In this document: piece after piece, positions 13,801-26,050 of the stretch
Layout: every line of letters begins with the position of its first letter
Position numbering within the stretch: position 1 is the first letter of the stretch
Assembly (NCBI RefSeq): GCF_030028105.1
Contig: NC_092393.1
Location: 9,614,012 to 9,678,011, forward strand
Origin: Mobula birostris
Taxonomy: Eukaryota
Direction of reading: 5' to 3'
DNA length: 64,000 nucleotides
The notes under the pieces: model-generated
What the model was told of the DNA's origin: nothing
The model's database searches: none
The model's input: only the letters and a program-made list of their open reading frames with translations
Program-made: the position numbers and the translations under genes

Positions 13801-16800
13801 AAATTGAATGGGGTGGTACAGCGAGAGGGTGTCAGGATACTGGGACTGTTATTTCTCTCTCTTTTGAACAATGTGTGGGCTCAAGAAATGAGCACAAAAT
13901 CCACGCCACTGAGGGAGCATCAAAGGAGGTGTTCTAACAGTCTGTCATCTCAGGTGGAGGTAATCCATGGCCCAGTTCCTTCCCGCTCTGCTGGTTCACA
14001 CCCACCTCTCAACTCATCAGCATGGCCTGATCATTCTCATTCTGTTTGAGAGAATGAATTTTGCTGCTGCATTTATTGATCAAACACTTCTTTAGTTGCA
14101 CAGAGTTGCGAGGTTGTGCTGAGGTGCGAAAGTTATTTCCCATATCAGGCTGAAAAGCACTCCCTGTAGACATTCTACACAGTGTTGAAACACAATGGAC
14201 AGGCTGAGCCACAGAAACAAATGCTCACATACAATCTCACAACACGCACACATACTCCTGTAGTCTGCTCCTCTGTATTAATAGTCCCATTGTCAAGCTC
14301 TGATGTAACTCTCAAATAAATTCCTAAGAAACGCTCAGGATTTAGGGTCACATCTCCACCCAAGGTGTGGCCTCTCAACGTTCTAAATCTGGAACACTTG
14401 GGCTGTGTCAAAACATGCCAGCAGCCGATCTTAAACAGGTCGGTGTTGTTACAGCAAGGGATGAAACTGGTGCTGTCTCACCCAGGACAAAGTCAATGCA
14501 CAACCCTCAAAATAAAGGGGAATAGACAGAATGAGCAGAGCACTCCTGTGGCCATTCCCACCAATAATAAGTACATTCTTTTGGATACGGTTGATGGGGA
14601 CGACCTACCAGGAACAAGTTGCAGTGGTTGCGTCTCTGGCACTGAGACTGGACCCTCAGCTCAGAAGGGAAGGAGGGAAAAGAGGAGAGCAGTAGTGATA
14701 GGGGATTCGATAGTTAGGGGGACAGATAGGAGGTTCTGTGGAAGAGATTGGGATTTCCGGATGGTCTGTTGCCTCCCTGGTGCCAGGTCCATGATATCTC
14801 GGATCGAGTTCTCAGTATTTACAAGAGGGAGGGTGAGCAGCCGGATGTCGTGGTCCATGTAGGGACCAATGACGTGGGTAGGAAGAGTGAGGAGGTCCTG
14901 AAAGGTGGATTTAGGGAGTTAGGTGCCAAGTTAAAGGACAGGATCTCCAGGATAGCAATCTCAGGATTGTTACCAGTGCCATGTACAGGCGGGTTTAGAA
15001 ATAGTAAGATAGTGCAGATCAACACGTGGCTGAAGACATGGTGCAGGAGGGAGGGTTTCAGATTTATTGATAATTGGACAGTTTTCCAGGGAAGGTGGGG
15101 CCTGTTCCGGTGGGACGGTCTACATCTGAACTGAAGGGGGACAAATATTCTTGCAGGTAGGTTTGCTAGAGAGGCTCGGGTGGATTTAAACTAGATACAA
15201 GCGGGGGAGGGGAACCAGAATGTAGGAACAGATGTAGGGAAGAAGGAAGAAAAAGAAAATAGTAAAGTTGTTTGCACCGTTAGAGATAAACAGAGAGAAA
15301 GAGGTGGAAAATTTCTTAAATGCATTTATTTTAATGCTAGGAGCATTATAAGAAAGATGGATGAGCTTAAAAGCATGGATTGATACCTGGAAGTATGATA
15401 TGGTAGCTATTAGTGAAACATGGTTACAGGAGGGGTGTAATTGGCAACTGAATATTCCTGGATTTAATTGCTTCAGGTGTGATAGAACCGGAGGGAGAAG
15501 AGGGGAAGGTGTTGCATTGCTTGTCAGAGAAAATATTACAGCGTGCTCAGGCAGGATAGATTAGAGGGCTCATCTAGGGAGGCTATTTGGGTGGAATTGA
15601 GGAATGGGAAAAGTGTAGTAGCACTAATAAGGGTGTATTATAGACCACCAAATAGGGAGCGAGAATTGGAGGAGCAAATTTGTAAGGAGATAGCAGATAT
15701 TTGTAGTAAACACAAGATTGTGATTGTGGGAGATTTTAATTTTCCACACATAGACTGGGAAGCCCATACTGTAAAAGGGCTGGATGGTTTGGAGTTTGTA
15801 AAATGTGTGCAGGATAGTTTTTTGCAGCAATACATAGAGGTACCAACTAGAGAAGGGGCAGTGTTGGATCTCCTGTTAGGGAATGAGATAGGAATGAGGT
15901 ATGTGTTGGGGAGCACTTCGGGTCCAGTGATCACAATTACATTAGTTTCAATATAATTATGGAGAAGGATAGGTCTGGACCCAGGGTTGAGATTTTTAAT
16001 TGGAGAAAGGCTAACTTTGAGGAGATGCGAAAGGATTTAGAAGGAGTGGATTGGGACAAATTGTTTTATGGGAAGAATGTAATAGAGAAATGATGGTCAT
16101 TTAAAGGTGAAATTTTGAGAGTACAGAATCTTTATGTTCCTCTTAGGTTTAAAGTTTGAGAGAGCCATGGTTTTCAAGGGATATTGGAAACTTGGTTCAG
16201 AAAAAGAGAGATATCTACAATAAATATAGGCAGCATGGAGTAAGTGAGGTGCTCGAGGAATGTAAAGAGTGTAAAAAGAACCTTAAGAAAGAAATTAGAA
16301 AAGCTAAAAGAAGATATGAGGTTGCTTTGGCAAATAACGTGAAAATAAACCCCAAGGGTTTCTACCGTTATACCAATAGGAAAAGACTAGTGAGGGATAA
16401 AATTGGTCCCTTAGAGAATCAGAGTGGACAGCTATGTGTGGAGCCAAAAGAGATGGGGCAGATTCTGAACAATTTCTTTTCTTTGGTATTCACTAAGGAG
16501 AAGGATATTGAATTGTGTAGGATAAGGGAAACAGGTAGGGAAGTTATGGAAACTATGATGATTAAAAAAGAGGAAGTACTGGAGATTTTAAGGAATATAA
16601 AACTGGACAAGTCTCCGGGTCCTGACAGGATATTCCCCAGGACCTTGAGGGAAGTTAGTGTGGAAATAGCAGGGGCTCTGACAGAAATATTTCAAAAGTC
16701 ATTAGAAACGGGGATGGTGCCGGAGGATTGGCGTATTGCTCATGTTGTTCCATTGTTTAAAAAGGATTCTAAGAGTAAACCAAGCAATTATCGACCTGTG

Positions 16801-19800
16801 AGTTTGACGTCAGTGGTGGGTAAATTGATGGAAGGTGTTCTTAGAGATGGTATATATAATTATCTGGATAGACAGGGTCTGATTAGGAACAGTCAACTTG
16901 GATTTGTGCGTGGAAGGTCATGTTTGACAAATCTTATTGAATTTTTTGAAGAGGTTACTGGGAAAGTTGACGAGGGTAAAGCGGTGGATGTTGTCTATAT
17001 GGACTTCAGTAAGGCCTTTGACAAGGTTCCACACGGAAGGTTGGTTAGGAAGGTTCAATCATTAGGTATTAGGTATTAGATATTGAAGTAGTAAAATGGA
17101 TTCAGCAATGGCTGGATGGGAGACGCCAGAGAGTGGTGGTGGATAACTGTTTGTCAGATTGGAGGCCGGTGACTAGTGGTGTGCCTCAGGGATCTGTACT
17201 GGGTCCAATGTTGTTTGTCATATACACTAATGATCGGATGATGGGGTGGTAAATTGGATTAGTAAGTATGCAGATGATACTAAGATAGGTGGAGTTGTGG
17301 ATAATGAAGTAGGTATTCAAAGCTTGCACAGTGATTTAGGCCCGTTAGAAGAGTGGGCTGAAAGATGGCAGATGGAGTTTAATGCTGATAAACATGAGGT
17401 ACTACATTTTGGTAGGACTAATCAAAATAGGACATACATGGTAAATGGTAGGGCATTGAAGAATGCTGTAAAACAGAGGGATCTAGGAATAATGGTGCAT
17501 ATGGATATCTCATGTGGATAGGGTGGTGAAGAAAGCTTTTGGTATGCAGACCTTTATAAATCAGAGCATTGAGTATAGGAGTTGAGATGTAATGTTGAAA
17601 TTGTACAAGGCATTGGTGAGGCCAAATTTGGAGTATTGTGTACAGTTTTGGTCACCGAATTATAGGAAAGATGTCAACAAAATAGAGAAAGTACAGAGAA
17701 GATTTACTAGCATGCTACCTGGGTTTCATCACCTAAGTTACAGAGAAAGGTTGAATAAGTTGGGTCTTTATTCTTTGGAACGTAGAAGGTTGAGGGGGTA
17801 CTTGATAGAGGTGTTTAAAATTATGAGGGGGATAGATAGAGTTGACGTGGATAGGCTTTTTCCATTGAGAGTGGGGGAGATTTAAACAAGAGGACATGAG
17901 TTGAGAGTTAAAGGGCAAAAGTTTAGGGGTAACATGAGGGGGAACTTCTCTACTCAGAGAGTGGTAGCTGTGTGGAACGAGCAGAAGTGGTTGAGGCAGG
18001 TACGATGTTGTCATTTAAAGTTAAAATGGACAGCTATATGGACAGGAAAGGAATGGAGGGTTATGGGCTGAGTACAGGTCAGTGGGACTAGGTGAGAGTA
18101 AGAGTTCGGCACGGACTAGAAGGGCCGAGATGGCCTGTTTCCGTGCTGTAATTGATATATGGTTATATGGTTATAAACAGCTCAACCACTAAAGGCAGAA
18201 GATGCTCAAAGATCACCAAAGGTGACATCACCAAACTGGGACATGTTTTACCTTTGTATTAAGGACAGGGTGAAGGGCTTGCTTTTTATACACCAATGCA
18301 GCAAAAAATACAGTATCCCCAGTGGTTTACAGCTGATCACAAGTTTTTTAAAGCACCGTAATACTCGACTCAAGAATAGCTTCAGTCCCACAGTTATCAG
18401 ACTATTGGACGGACACATCTGAAATGGTAAAAGATGAACTCTTGATTTCTCCAATCAACCTCATCATGTACCTTGCATCTTACTGTTTGTAAGTACTGCA
18501 GTTTCTCTGTAACTGTAACACTAGATTCTGCATTCTGTTTAGTTTTTCACTGCCTCAGTATACTAAGAGTGGCAGGGTCTACTGTGTGTAGATAGTACAT
18601 AAACAAACTTTTGACATAAACCAACAGTAAGGCCAATAATTTGTACACAGCAAGGTCCACAAAGTCTTCTAATAATCCATTTCAGGGAGTATTTTTGAAG
18701 GATAAATATTGATCCTATCAGTATAGTGATATGAAATACAGGTTTTCCCCGCTATCCGAAAGTACAGCGTTCCTATGTAACCTTTCGTCAGCCGAAATGG
18801 CGTATAGCAAAGAAGTAATTACCATTAACTTATATGGGAAAAATTTTTGAGCATTCCCAGACCCAAAAAATAACCTACCAAATCATATCAAATAACACAT
18901 AAAACCTAAAATAACACTAACATATAGTAAAAGCAGAAATGATATGATAAATACACAACCTACATAAAGTAGAAATAATGTATGTACAGTGTAGTTTCAC
19001 TTAACCAGAATTGGGAAGACAGCGAGCACACTGGAAGGTTCACGCATTTTTCTATCGTACAGTTCTTTGTAAGCACTCAAATCATCCTGCAAACCTGCTC
19101 TAAGCCTACATGCCCTTTCAAAATTAAAGTCATACTTCTCTGCAACCATTACAGCACTGTCAATCGTAGTGAAAATTTCACACAGTTCAAAGCTATGGTG
19201 GCCTGGGACACGCTGCCTCTATAACGGCACACTGAACACTATTTTCGCTTTTCGCCAATCTCGCTGCTGGGGGTGCACGCTGCCTCTTTTCTGGCTTGCT
19301 GCAAAACAAACACTTTTTTCGTAAAAGCAAAAATCCTCTTCGGATTTCTTTTGGTTAGCGAAAACAGGTACTAATGTAGGTCTTTCGTAAAAGCAAAGTG
19401 GCGTAAAGTGATCTTTCAAAAAGCGGGGGATACCTGTAGATGTCTTCACATGAGAGGCTTTATTTAACACCTCACACAAAATTTGACAGCTCTGCTACCA
19501 TGACATGCTCAGTATAGCATAGGTCTCTGTATTAGGGAACATCAGTTGGGACCTGGCAAACTTTCAACAAACTTCCAGTCAAGATGGCGCCTGCATAAAA
19601 TGCTCCTTTGGTCAACATCTGGATAGATCATAAAACTATATATTTCACTTCTTTTATGTCTTTTACATTTGTTTTTAATTTTGGATGTGATACTGGAACT
19701 TTTGGAGCCTGTGCTTAGCTGTTTGGAGATCATTTGGGTGTTCCAGTGCTCTGCAGTCTCCAAGAGGATTCCAGAAGACAGAGGCAGTATGTGTGAACCT

Positions 19801-21336
19801 CATGATGAACTGCAGGAAGGGGCATGAGCCCATGTTTGATTCCGTTGCACCGATTAAAGCTTTCATCGTGCACGAATTAAAGTGATGAGGGAGATTGAAA
19901 CATTGAGGCGAATGTAGAAGGTGAGTGCTAGCTGCCTGCTTTTTGATCACTCTGGTACCAGAGAGGGGAGAGTCTGCCGCTTTGCCTGGAGAATGTTACC
20001 CAGGTTCTCTGCTTTTTGGATATGGACTTGAATTATAGACTTTTTTTCAGTCTTATAGTTTTTATATTCTGCATTTTTCACCCAGTCTTTCTCATTTGTT
20101 TTCTGAGGGGGGGCAGATTTGGGAGTTGACGTACATGTTCCATTTTGTTTGTTTTTTTCGTATGGGAGGAGGGATATGCCTGTGCCATTTTTGTTTGAGT
20201 TTTGTGTGGGGAGGGAAGATTTGGGGGTTGATGATCGTGCTGTCTTTCTTTTTTTTCTTGGTTTCATGGCTACCCAGAGAAGAAGAATTTCAGAGTTGTA
20301 TACTTTGATAATAAATGAACCTTTGAACCTTTAATGACAAAGACCTTGAAGGCACTGAAATTTGTTCCTGACCTTGTAATGAGAGCCTGTGCCACAACAG
20401 GTTCACCTGAACCGTTACCAAACCTAACACTAGAGCTGGAATCAGGAGCAGGTGTCCCACCATCCAGTCATAGAGGCTGTAGCTATACCTACACATTATG
20501 TCATGGGTTTGTTGTAATGCAGCACAGAAACAGGCCCTTCAGCTTAACTCGCCTGTACTGACATGGCTTTTCATATGAAAAGCATCTGATGGCTCTGCAC
20601 CTGTATTCACTGGATTTCAGAAGAATGAGGGATGACATACTTGGAACCTACTGAATGATGAAAGGCCTTGATTGAGTGGAGGATGTTTCCTATGGTGGGA
20701 GAATCTAAAACCAGAGGACACAGCCTCAGAATAGAAGGACATCATTTTAGAAGATGATGAAGAACTTTCTTAGCTAGAGAGTGATAATTCTGTGGAATTC
20801 ATTGCCACAGGCAGCTGTGCAGGCCAAGTCTTTATGTATATTTAAGGCAGAGGTTGATAGATATGGGGAAAAGGCAGGAGACTGGGGCTGAGGGGGAAAT
20901 GGATCAGCCATGATGAAATAGCAGTGCAACCTCGATGGGCCAATGGCCTAATTCTGCTCCTATATCTTACGGTGTCATAAATGAAGGTGAGCAGATTAAG
21001 GTTAGAGCATGGAGCATTCAAAATGATTGGTGATTTGTGGAGAAGATACCAGAGATTTTGGAGGATTGTGATTCAGCTCTGATGCTAGAGCTTGGTGCAT
21101 AGAAGTAGTTGCAGTATGAGTACAAGCTTCTGTTTACAGTGAAGAAGCAGCTACAATTATTACATACCTCTAACCTTATGGATGACCAGGTCCACCTTGC
21201 CATAGGTTCCTTTTCCCAGCTCTCTAATCACCTCATAGTACTTATTCACCTCCAGCCGTTCCAGGTTCTGAGCTGTGAGCAACTGGAGCTCCTCCAGAAC
21301 ATCGCTCGTTCCTCGGGTCATCAGTGAAGAATTCAT
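1026..21336 (-). CDS. bsk146: SBK1-family serine/threonine kinase (bsk146 / SBK1-like); spliced CDS join(21336..21168, 3942..3740, 1811..1026), 385 aa
   Basis: Three exons join in frame across GT-AG introns (phase 1, then phase 0). All kinase motifs are present: [36 protein letters not shown], and the C-terminal EICV typical of the SBK1 family. The segments [24 protein letters not shown] and [23 protein letters not shown] match my recollection of fish bsk146 better than SBK1 proper. Confidence 0.92.
1930..2275 (-). mobile_element. HE1/V-SINE-like SINE, degenerate
   Basis: Typical reverse-strand body (tttggaatgt...aaactggaatacccagaggaaacccatgca) with a CR1-like tail. A similar copy lies at ~58535-58800. 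Confidence 0.6.
2455..2887 (+). mobile_element. CR1 LINE 3' fragment
   Basis: Remnant of the [11 protein letters not shown] motif, a CR1 3' UTR and a tcttatggtct tail. Confidence 0.75.
2888..3202 (+). mobile_element. tRNA-derived SINE with a 12-bp flanking direct repeat
   Basis: A box TGGCCAAGTGG, B box GTTCGAGCC, core gtgtccttgagcaaggcacttaacc and an A-rich tail. Flanked by ATCTTATGGTCT at 2876-2887 and 3203-3214. Confidence 0.8.
3740..3942 (-). CDS. bsk146: Kinase internal coding exon, 203 nt (DTKMALK...DIIPPQ)
   Basis: Acceptor ttttttccttgctccAG|AT and donor CAG|GTACAC. The 203-nt length keeps frame with both neighbouring exons. Confidence 0.95.
4375..4618 (+). mobile_element. Penelope-like 3' pyrimidine-rich tail fragment
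   Basis: Resembles the reverse complement of 24830-25070 and ends in a decayed hammerhead start (cagttccaacaaagggttt). Confidence 0.55.
4640..4845 (-). mobile_element. CR1 3' end, same family as 14510-18175
   Basis: Near-identical reverse complement of ~17960-18165. Confidence 0.85.
4860..6720 (+). mobile_element. Old, heavily decayed CR1 ORF2 and 3' UTR, interrupted by a MITE
   Basis: Remnants of LDFQKAFDK, YINDL, SKFASD and [11 protein letters not shown]. Confidence 0.75.
5096..5648. mobile_element. Tc1/mariner (Tigger-like) MITE containing a nested CR1 3' end (~5326-5550, minus)
   Basis: Terminal inverted repeats CAGGTTGAAACTCT...AGAGTTTCAACTTG followed by TA; the left TA is degenerate. 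Confidence 0.55.
7980..8222 (-). mobile_element. CR1 RT fragment
   Basis: Minus strand reads [31 protein letters not shown]. Confidence 0.75.
8230..8750 (+). mobile_element. CR1 3' fragment interrupted by a 157-bp antisense poly(A) insertion (8315-8471)
   Basis: [16 protein letters not shown] remnant and tail ttttctatgtttcta. Same family as 37290-39430. Confidence 0.85.
10870..11290 (+). mobile_element. Decayed Ty3/Gypsy reverse-transcriptase relic
   Basis: Frames read [14 protein letters not shown] (compare RLCGDYKVTVN..DQYPLP), then [15 protein letters not shown] (compare LPFG..FQ..MD.LLQG). Split by a hammerhead-bearing unit at ~11030-11126. Confidence 0.5.
14510..18175 (+). mobile_element. 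Near full-length CR1 LINE (ORF1 SGNH esterase; ORF2 APE endonuclease plus RT), frameshifted, antisense to the kinase in an intron
   Basis: Esterase motifs [23 protein letters not shown]; endonuclease motifs AISETWL, YYRPP, VGDFNFP; RT motifs [32 protein letters not shown]; tail (TATATGGT)n. Confidence 0.95.
18739..19436. mobile_element. Tc1/mariner (pogo/Tigger-like) MITE, 698 bp
   Basis: TA|CAGGTTTTCCCCGCTATCCGAAAG ... CTTTCAAAAAGCGGGGGATACCTG|TA, with subterminal TTCGTAAAAGC repeats and no ORF. Confidence 0.85.
19572..20332 (+). mobile_element. Non-coding dispersed retroposon (~760 bp) with an AAGATGGCG head and a (TTGAACCT)n tail
   Basis: A reverse-complement copy lies at ~44830-45372, with related 3' ends at ~9290-9545, 11430-11615, 43755-44650, 51430-51690, 53210-53600 and 59580-59770. 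Confidence 0.7.
20575..20975 (+). mobile_element. CR1 3' fragment
   Basis: LYSL.FRRMR remnant and CR1 3' UTR ending aattctgctcctatatcttac. Confidence 0.75.
21168..21336 (-). CDS. bsk146: Kinase first coding exon ([56 protein letters not shown]); absent from the ORF track
   Basis: Start context GCGGCC-ATG at 21336, Gly-rich loop GKGTYG, donor AGAG|GTATGT at 21167. An upstream acceptor ttgttacAG places the exon start at 21355. Confidence 0.93.
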
Positions 21337-22444
21337 GGCCGCAGAAGGGCAAAAACTGTAACAAGATCAGCTCTGGCACTACTCTCAGATCCTTTGCCCT
21401 ATAGGGAGATGAAACAGTAAGTTCTCATCATTATCTCAAGGTTAAATTCAGAAACTTCATTTAAGCCAGAACAGAAGATCTAATCAACAACCCAAGCAGT
21501 GCTGTTCTCACATCATGGTGCTTCTCCCACATCAGACTTCTCAGAAGATGTGCTATCACTCATGCTTTATCATTATATTGTTCTGGTACATTTTATACAG
21601 AATTGAAGTACGTTGGTAAAACACAGCAGCACACAAAGTGAATGCCAAATAATGTTTGATCAGCCAATCATGGTGATATCTGCCTTCAATGTATGGTCCA
21701 TCTCATAAAGTACTTCCATGGTCTGTTAGTCAAATAATCCCTGTCCCTTAGTCCCATTGATACATGAACAAACAATTCTGGAAGAACCTAGACAGTCAAA
21801 CAGCATCTGTTGGAAAAGAAACCACTTTGCATTTCAGGTCAGAAACCTGAATCAAAACGTTGACCAGTTTCTTTTGGCTGAGTGTTTTCAATGTTTTCTG
21901 TTTTGGTTGCAGATTCCAACATTTACCATTTTATTTGTTTTCCATCACAGCTTACATGTCAGGAATATCCGATCATTAACGACAGGCAAGTCTAATGGCA
22001 TCTGCCCCATAGCACCCCGATAATCAATCACAGTAAAATCTGGCCAATATGTCAAAATATTGTCAAACACAATGGCATCTGTCCAGTGCATCTGGCCCAT
22101 CTGCCCTGAGTATTTGTTCCACTGATCCACAATTCTCTGCTAATCAAAGCTATAGTTTAAAAGAAGAAGCCTTCCATGACAGCTTAGGCAGGATTGAAAT
22201 GCTATTGGTTCTTCAGTGTGCTTGAAGTAGTTTCTTGCAAATGAAGTGTTGTAATCAAGGCCACCCTGCCACAAACACACACAGCAAATTCTTACTAACA
22301 GGGATGAGATACGAAACAGATAATGTGTGTTAGTAATGTTGGCTGTAGGAGAAATAGGTTTAGAATACTTAGAAATAACTTTATAGCTCCTCTACAAGAT
22401 AGGACTTGGGATTTTGTTTTACATTCACCTGACAGACATATATT

Positions 22445-22910
22445 TAAAATATCAGAATTGGATTTATTATCACCGAAAATTGACATGGAATTTGTTTTTT
22501 GTGGCAGCAGTACAGTGCAAGACAGTAAAAATTACTAAGATACATTAAAAATAAAATACATAAGTTAAGGAATAGTGAGGTAGTCTTCATGGGTTCGTGG
22601 ACCATTCAGAAAGTTGATGGCGGAGGAGAAGAAGCAATTCCTAAAATGTTGAGTGTGTGTTATCTGGCTCCTGTAACTTCTGATAGTATCAATAAGAAGA
22701 CATGTCCTGGATTGTGAGGATATTTAATGATGGATGCTGCCTTCTTGAGGCTTTTGAAGACGTCCTCAATGGTGGTGAATATTGTGCTCAGATTGAAGCT
22801 GGCTGAGTCTACAACTTTCTGCAGCCACTTGTGATTTAATTCCAGACGGGCACGCAACCAGTCCGTGGTACATGGTACATCTGTACTAATTTGTAACTTA
22901 CCAAAGACTC
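22445..22910 (-). mobile_element. Rex1/Babar-like LINE 3' fragment
   Basis: LQKVVDSA..I...KAASIIKYPHNPGH motif on minus. Confidence 0.7.
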
Positions 22911-23964
22911 CACCAAATTTAAGACAGGGCCTTCCAAGTTTATTGTTCTGTAAAAATGCATTGCAATGACATGCAAAGTTTTGGTGCTCAAGTCCATGGG
23001 GAGTGACATGAACCTGTAAACTTTCTAAATGGAGGAATGTTGAGAGTGCTACCAACTGTCGGACATGATCTTCATAATGTAACTGGACCATAAACGACGG
23101 AATTTTCATTTGTATAGTGCCTTATACCATCCAAGGGAAGCTCAAATTAGCTTATGGAGACTGAAGCCTAATGATATGTCATCTGTAAATTCCATTCATC
23201 ACACACTGAGGCACAATGAATAGATAACACTATTTCTTTCAGGGAGCACATCATCATTGATAATTAGATAGACATATATGGACAGCATAGTCATCACTGC
23301 ACATGACTTTACATATCAGTTTACATATCAACACAGATCAAATTAATTGAAGCAAAAATTTTAAATGCTGAGCAGATCAGGCAGCATCTGTGGAGAGAGG
23401 TAATTAATATTCTGGGGTCACTTTGATCAAACTTTACCATTCAGTTATCACACAGAACAAAAGACTATATAGAATATGCCAAGCAGTAGAATGGTAGAGC
23501 ATTAATTCTAATCAATTCTATCATCTTCACACCTTTTAATTAGCCCAGAGATACATGGGTTTCAGAGGCAGGGTTTTACCTGCTTGATTTGTACTTCTAG
23601 GCACTGTACTTTACTGAGTAAAGCTCCATTTTACTTCATTCCCCCTTGTAACTGACCCAAATATCTCACTGAGTAACTGGATCTGATGTGAAAGGACGAC
23701 CCATTTGAGTTCAAAAGAGTTTTGCCGCTAATGAACTACATTAAGAATGAATTTATGATGCTGTGTAGACAAATCAAGCAATTAACACAGCACACATTTC
23801 CTCAAATGGTCAATAAAGGTGTTTAATGATAACACTGGCCGTGAGAATGTTCTCAGCTCTTTAGTGGGATCAATTCATTGGTTTAACATTTCATTGAAAC
23901 ATTCCTACAGAGCAACCTCAGCACTACAGTGGAGCCTGAGCCACGTGCTCAAACTCCAGAGTAG

Positions 23965-26050
23965 TGGAATTATCATATGTACGAAGGTATAGTGAAAAAC
24001 ACGTCTTCCATACTGTTTATACAAATTAAATCATTATGCTCAGACAGTACAAGGTAAACAATAATAATGCAGAATAAAGCCACGGACACAGAGAAAATGC
24101 AGTGCAGATAAACAAAAAAGTGAAAGACAATAATGAGGTAGCTTTTGAGATCAAGAGCCCATCTTATTGCAACAGGGAACCATTTAATAGTCTTCTAACA
24201 GCAAGGAAGAAGCTTTCCTTGAGCCCAGTGGTATGTGCTTTCAGACTTCTGTATCTTCTGCTTGATGGGAGAGAGGAAAAAGAGAGAATGTCCTGGGTGG
24301 GTAGGGTATTTGGTTATGCTGGCTGCTTTACTGAAGCAGTGGGAAGTGCAGACAGAGTCCATAAAGGGAAGGCTGGTTTCTGTAATGTGATGAACTGTGT
24401 CCACAATTCTCTGCAGTTTTTTGTGGTCACAGACAGAGCAGTTGCCATACCAAGCTGTAATCATTCTAAGTTGGCAAGGGTTTACAAGTTCATGCCAAAT
24501 TTCTTTAGCCTCCTGAAGGAGAGGAATTGATGACATTCTTGGCTATGGCATCAACATGCACCAACTGGAGCAGGTGGTGTTCACCCTTAGGAACTTGAAG
24601 CTCTCAACCTCAATATCGTTCCTGTAGACAGGAGCATGTGTACCACTCTTCTTCCTGAAATCAAGAACTATCTCTTTTATTATGTTGATAGAGGGAAATG
24701 TTAAACATAAGAAATTCTGAAGATGCTGGAAATACAAAGCAACCAACACAAAATACTGAAGGAATTCAGCAGGTCAGCCAGCATCTATGGAAATTAATAA
24801 ATAGTTGATGTTTCTGGCCGAGACACTTCCCCAGGACTGGAAAAGAAAGGGGAAGTTTGGGGTGGGGGAAGGAGGATAGTTAGGTGATAGGTGAAGCCAG
24901 GTGGAAGGAAATGTAAAGGGCTGTAGAGGAAGAAAGCTGATAGGAGAGGAAAGTGGGCCATTGAAGAATAGGAAGGAAGAAGGGATCCTTTGTGGGGGGG
25001 GGAGGATGGTAGGCAGGTGACAAGACTTAAGAGGCTGCAGTGGGGAATAGAAGAAGGGGGGAAGGAGGGAATTTCTTGACTGGAAGGAGAATTCAATACT
25101 AATGTCATCAGGTTGGAGGCTACCCAGACATAATATGAGGTGTTGCTCCTGCACTCTGAGGGTGGCCACATTGTGGCACAAATGGAGGCCATGGACCAAC
25201 ATGTCAGAACGGGAATGGGAATCAGAATTAAAATGTTTGGCCACTGGGAAGTTCTGCTTCTGGTGTATGGAGTGGTGGTACTTGCCAAAGTGGTCCCCCA
25301 ATTTATGATGGGTCTCACCACTGTAGAGGTGGCTGCATCGGGAGCATCGGACACAATAGACAACTCCAGCTGATGCATAGGGGAAAAAAGACAAGATAAC
25401 CTGGTGTCATGACAAGGGAAATATTGTCATGACAACATGTTACTAAGCTCCCTATTTCCTTCCTGTACTTGCAGTATCAGTAATTGAGATATGCCTTCTA
25501 TGGTGGTACAAACTTGTGGATGGAATTAGTGCAGAATGTGGCCATGCATTCATGTACAGGAAGTAGAATAACAGGCTGAGGATACAACTTTGTGATGCAC
25601 CAGTGTTCAGAATAATCTTGGTGGAGGTGTTGCTGCCTATCCTTACTGGCTGTGGTCTGTTGGTCAGAAAGTCAAGGACTCAGTTGCAAAGGCAGGCTCC
25701 CATGGTCCAGAGCTGGGCAATGAGTTTCTTTGGAATTATAGTATTGAAGACTGAGCTGTAGCCAATAGACAGATAGTCTGATGTAGTTGTTTTTACTGTC
25801 CAGTGATGAGTGTAGGGTCAGGGAGACTGCAGTTAACACCTGCTCTGAACAGATTCTGGAAGCTATTAATGATAGTAGATGTCAGAGCTATTGGGCAGTT
25901 GTTGTTAAGGCAAGTTATCTTGGTTTTTCTTGGATATAATGATGATACTGGTCTTCTTAAAGTAGATGGGAACCATAGACTGAATCGGGGAGAGGTTAAC
26001 AATGTCTGCAAATATCCCTGCAAGCTGATCTGCACAAGATCTAAGGACAC
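23965..26050 (-). mobile_element. Rex1/Babar-like LINE fragments interrupted by a Penelope insertion
   Basis: ITCLNNNCPIALTS, YSSVFNTII, KEIVLDFRK, ITAWYGNCS and KAASITKYPTHPGH motifs. Confidence 0.75.
24705..25378 (-). mobile_element. Penelope-like element 3' part (GIY-YIG endonuclease, tail and degenerate hammerhead unit)
   Basis: GVVYCVRCSRCSHLYSGET...PVAKHFNS...EQHLILCLGSLQP. Confidence 0.9.

Noticed and set aside
16156-17079. 307-aa RT ORF taken as an active element or host gene
   Set aside because: A fragment of a CR1 ORF2 with stops and frameshifts on both sides.
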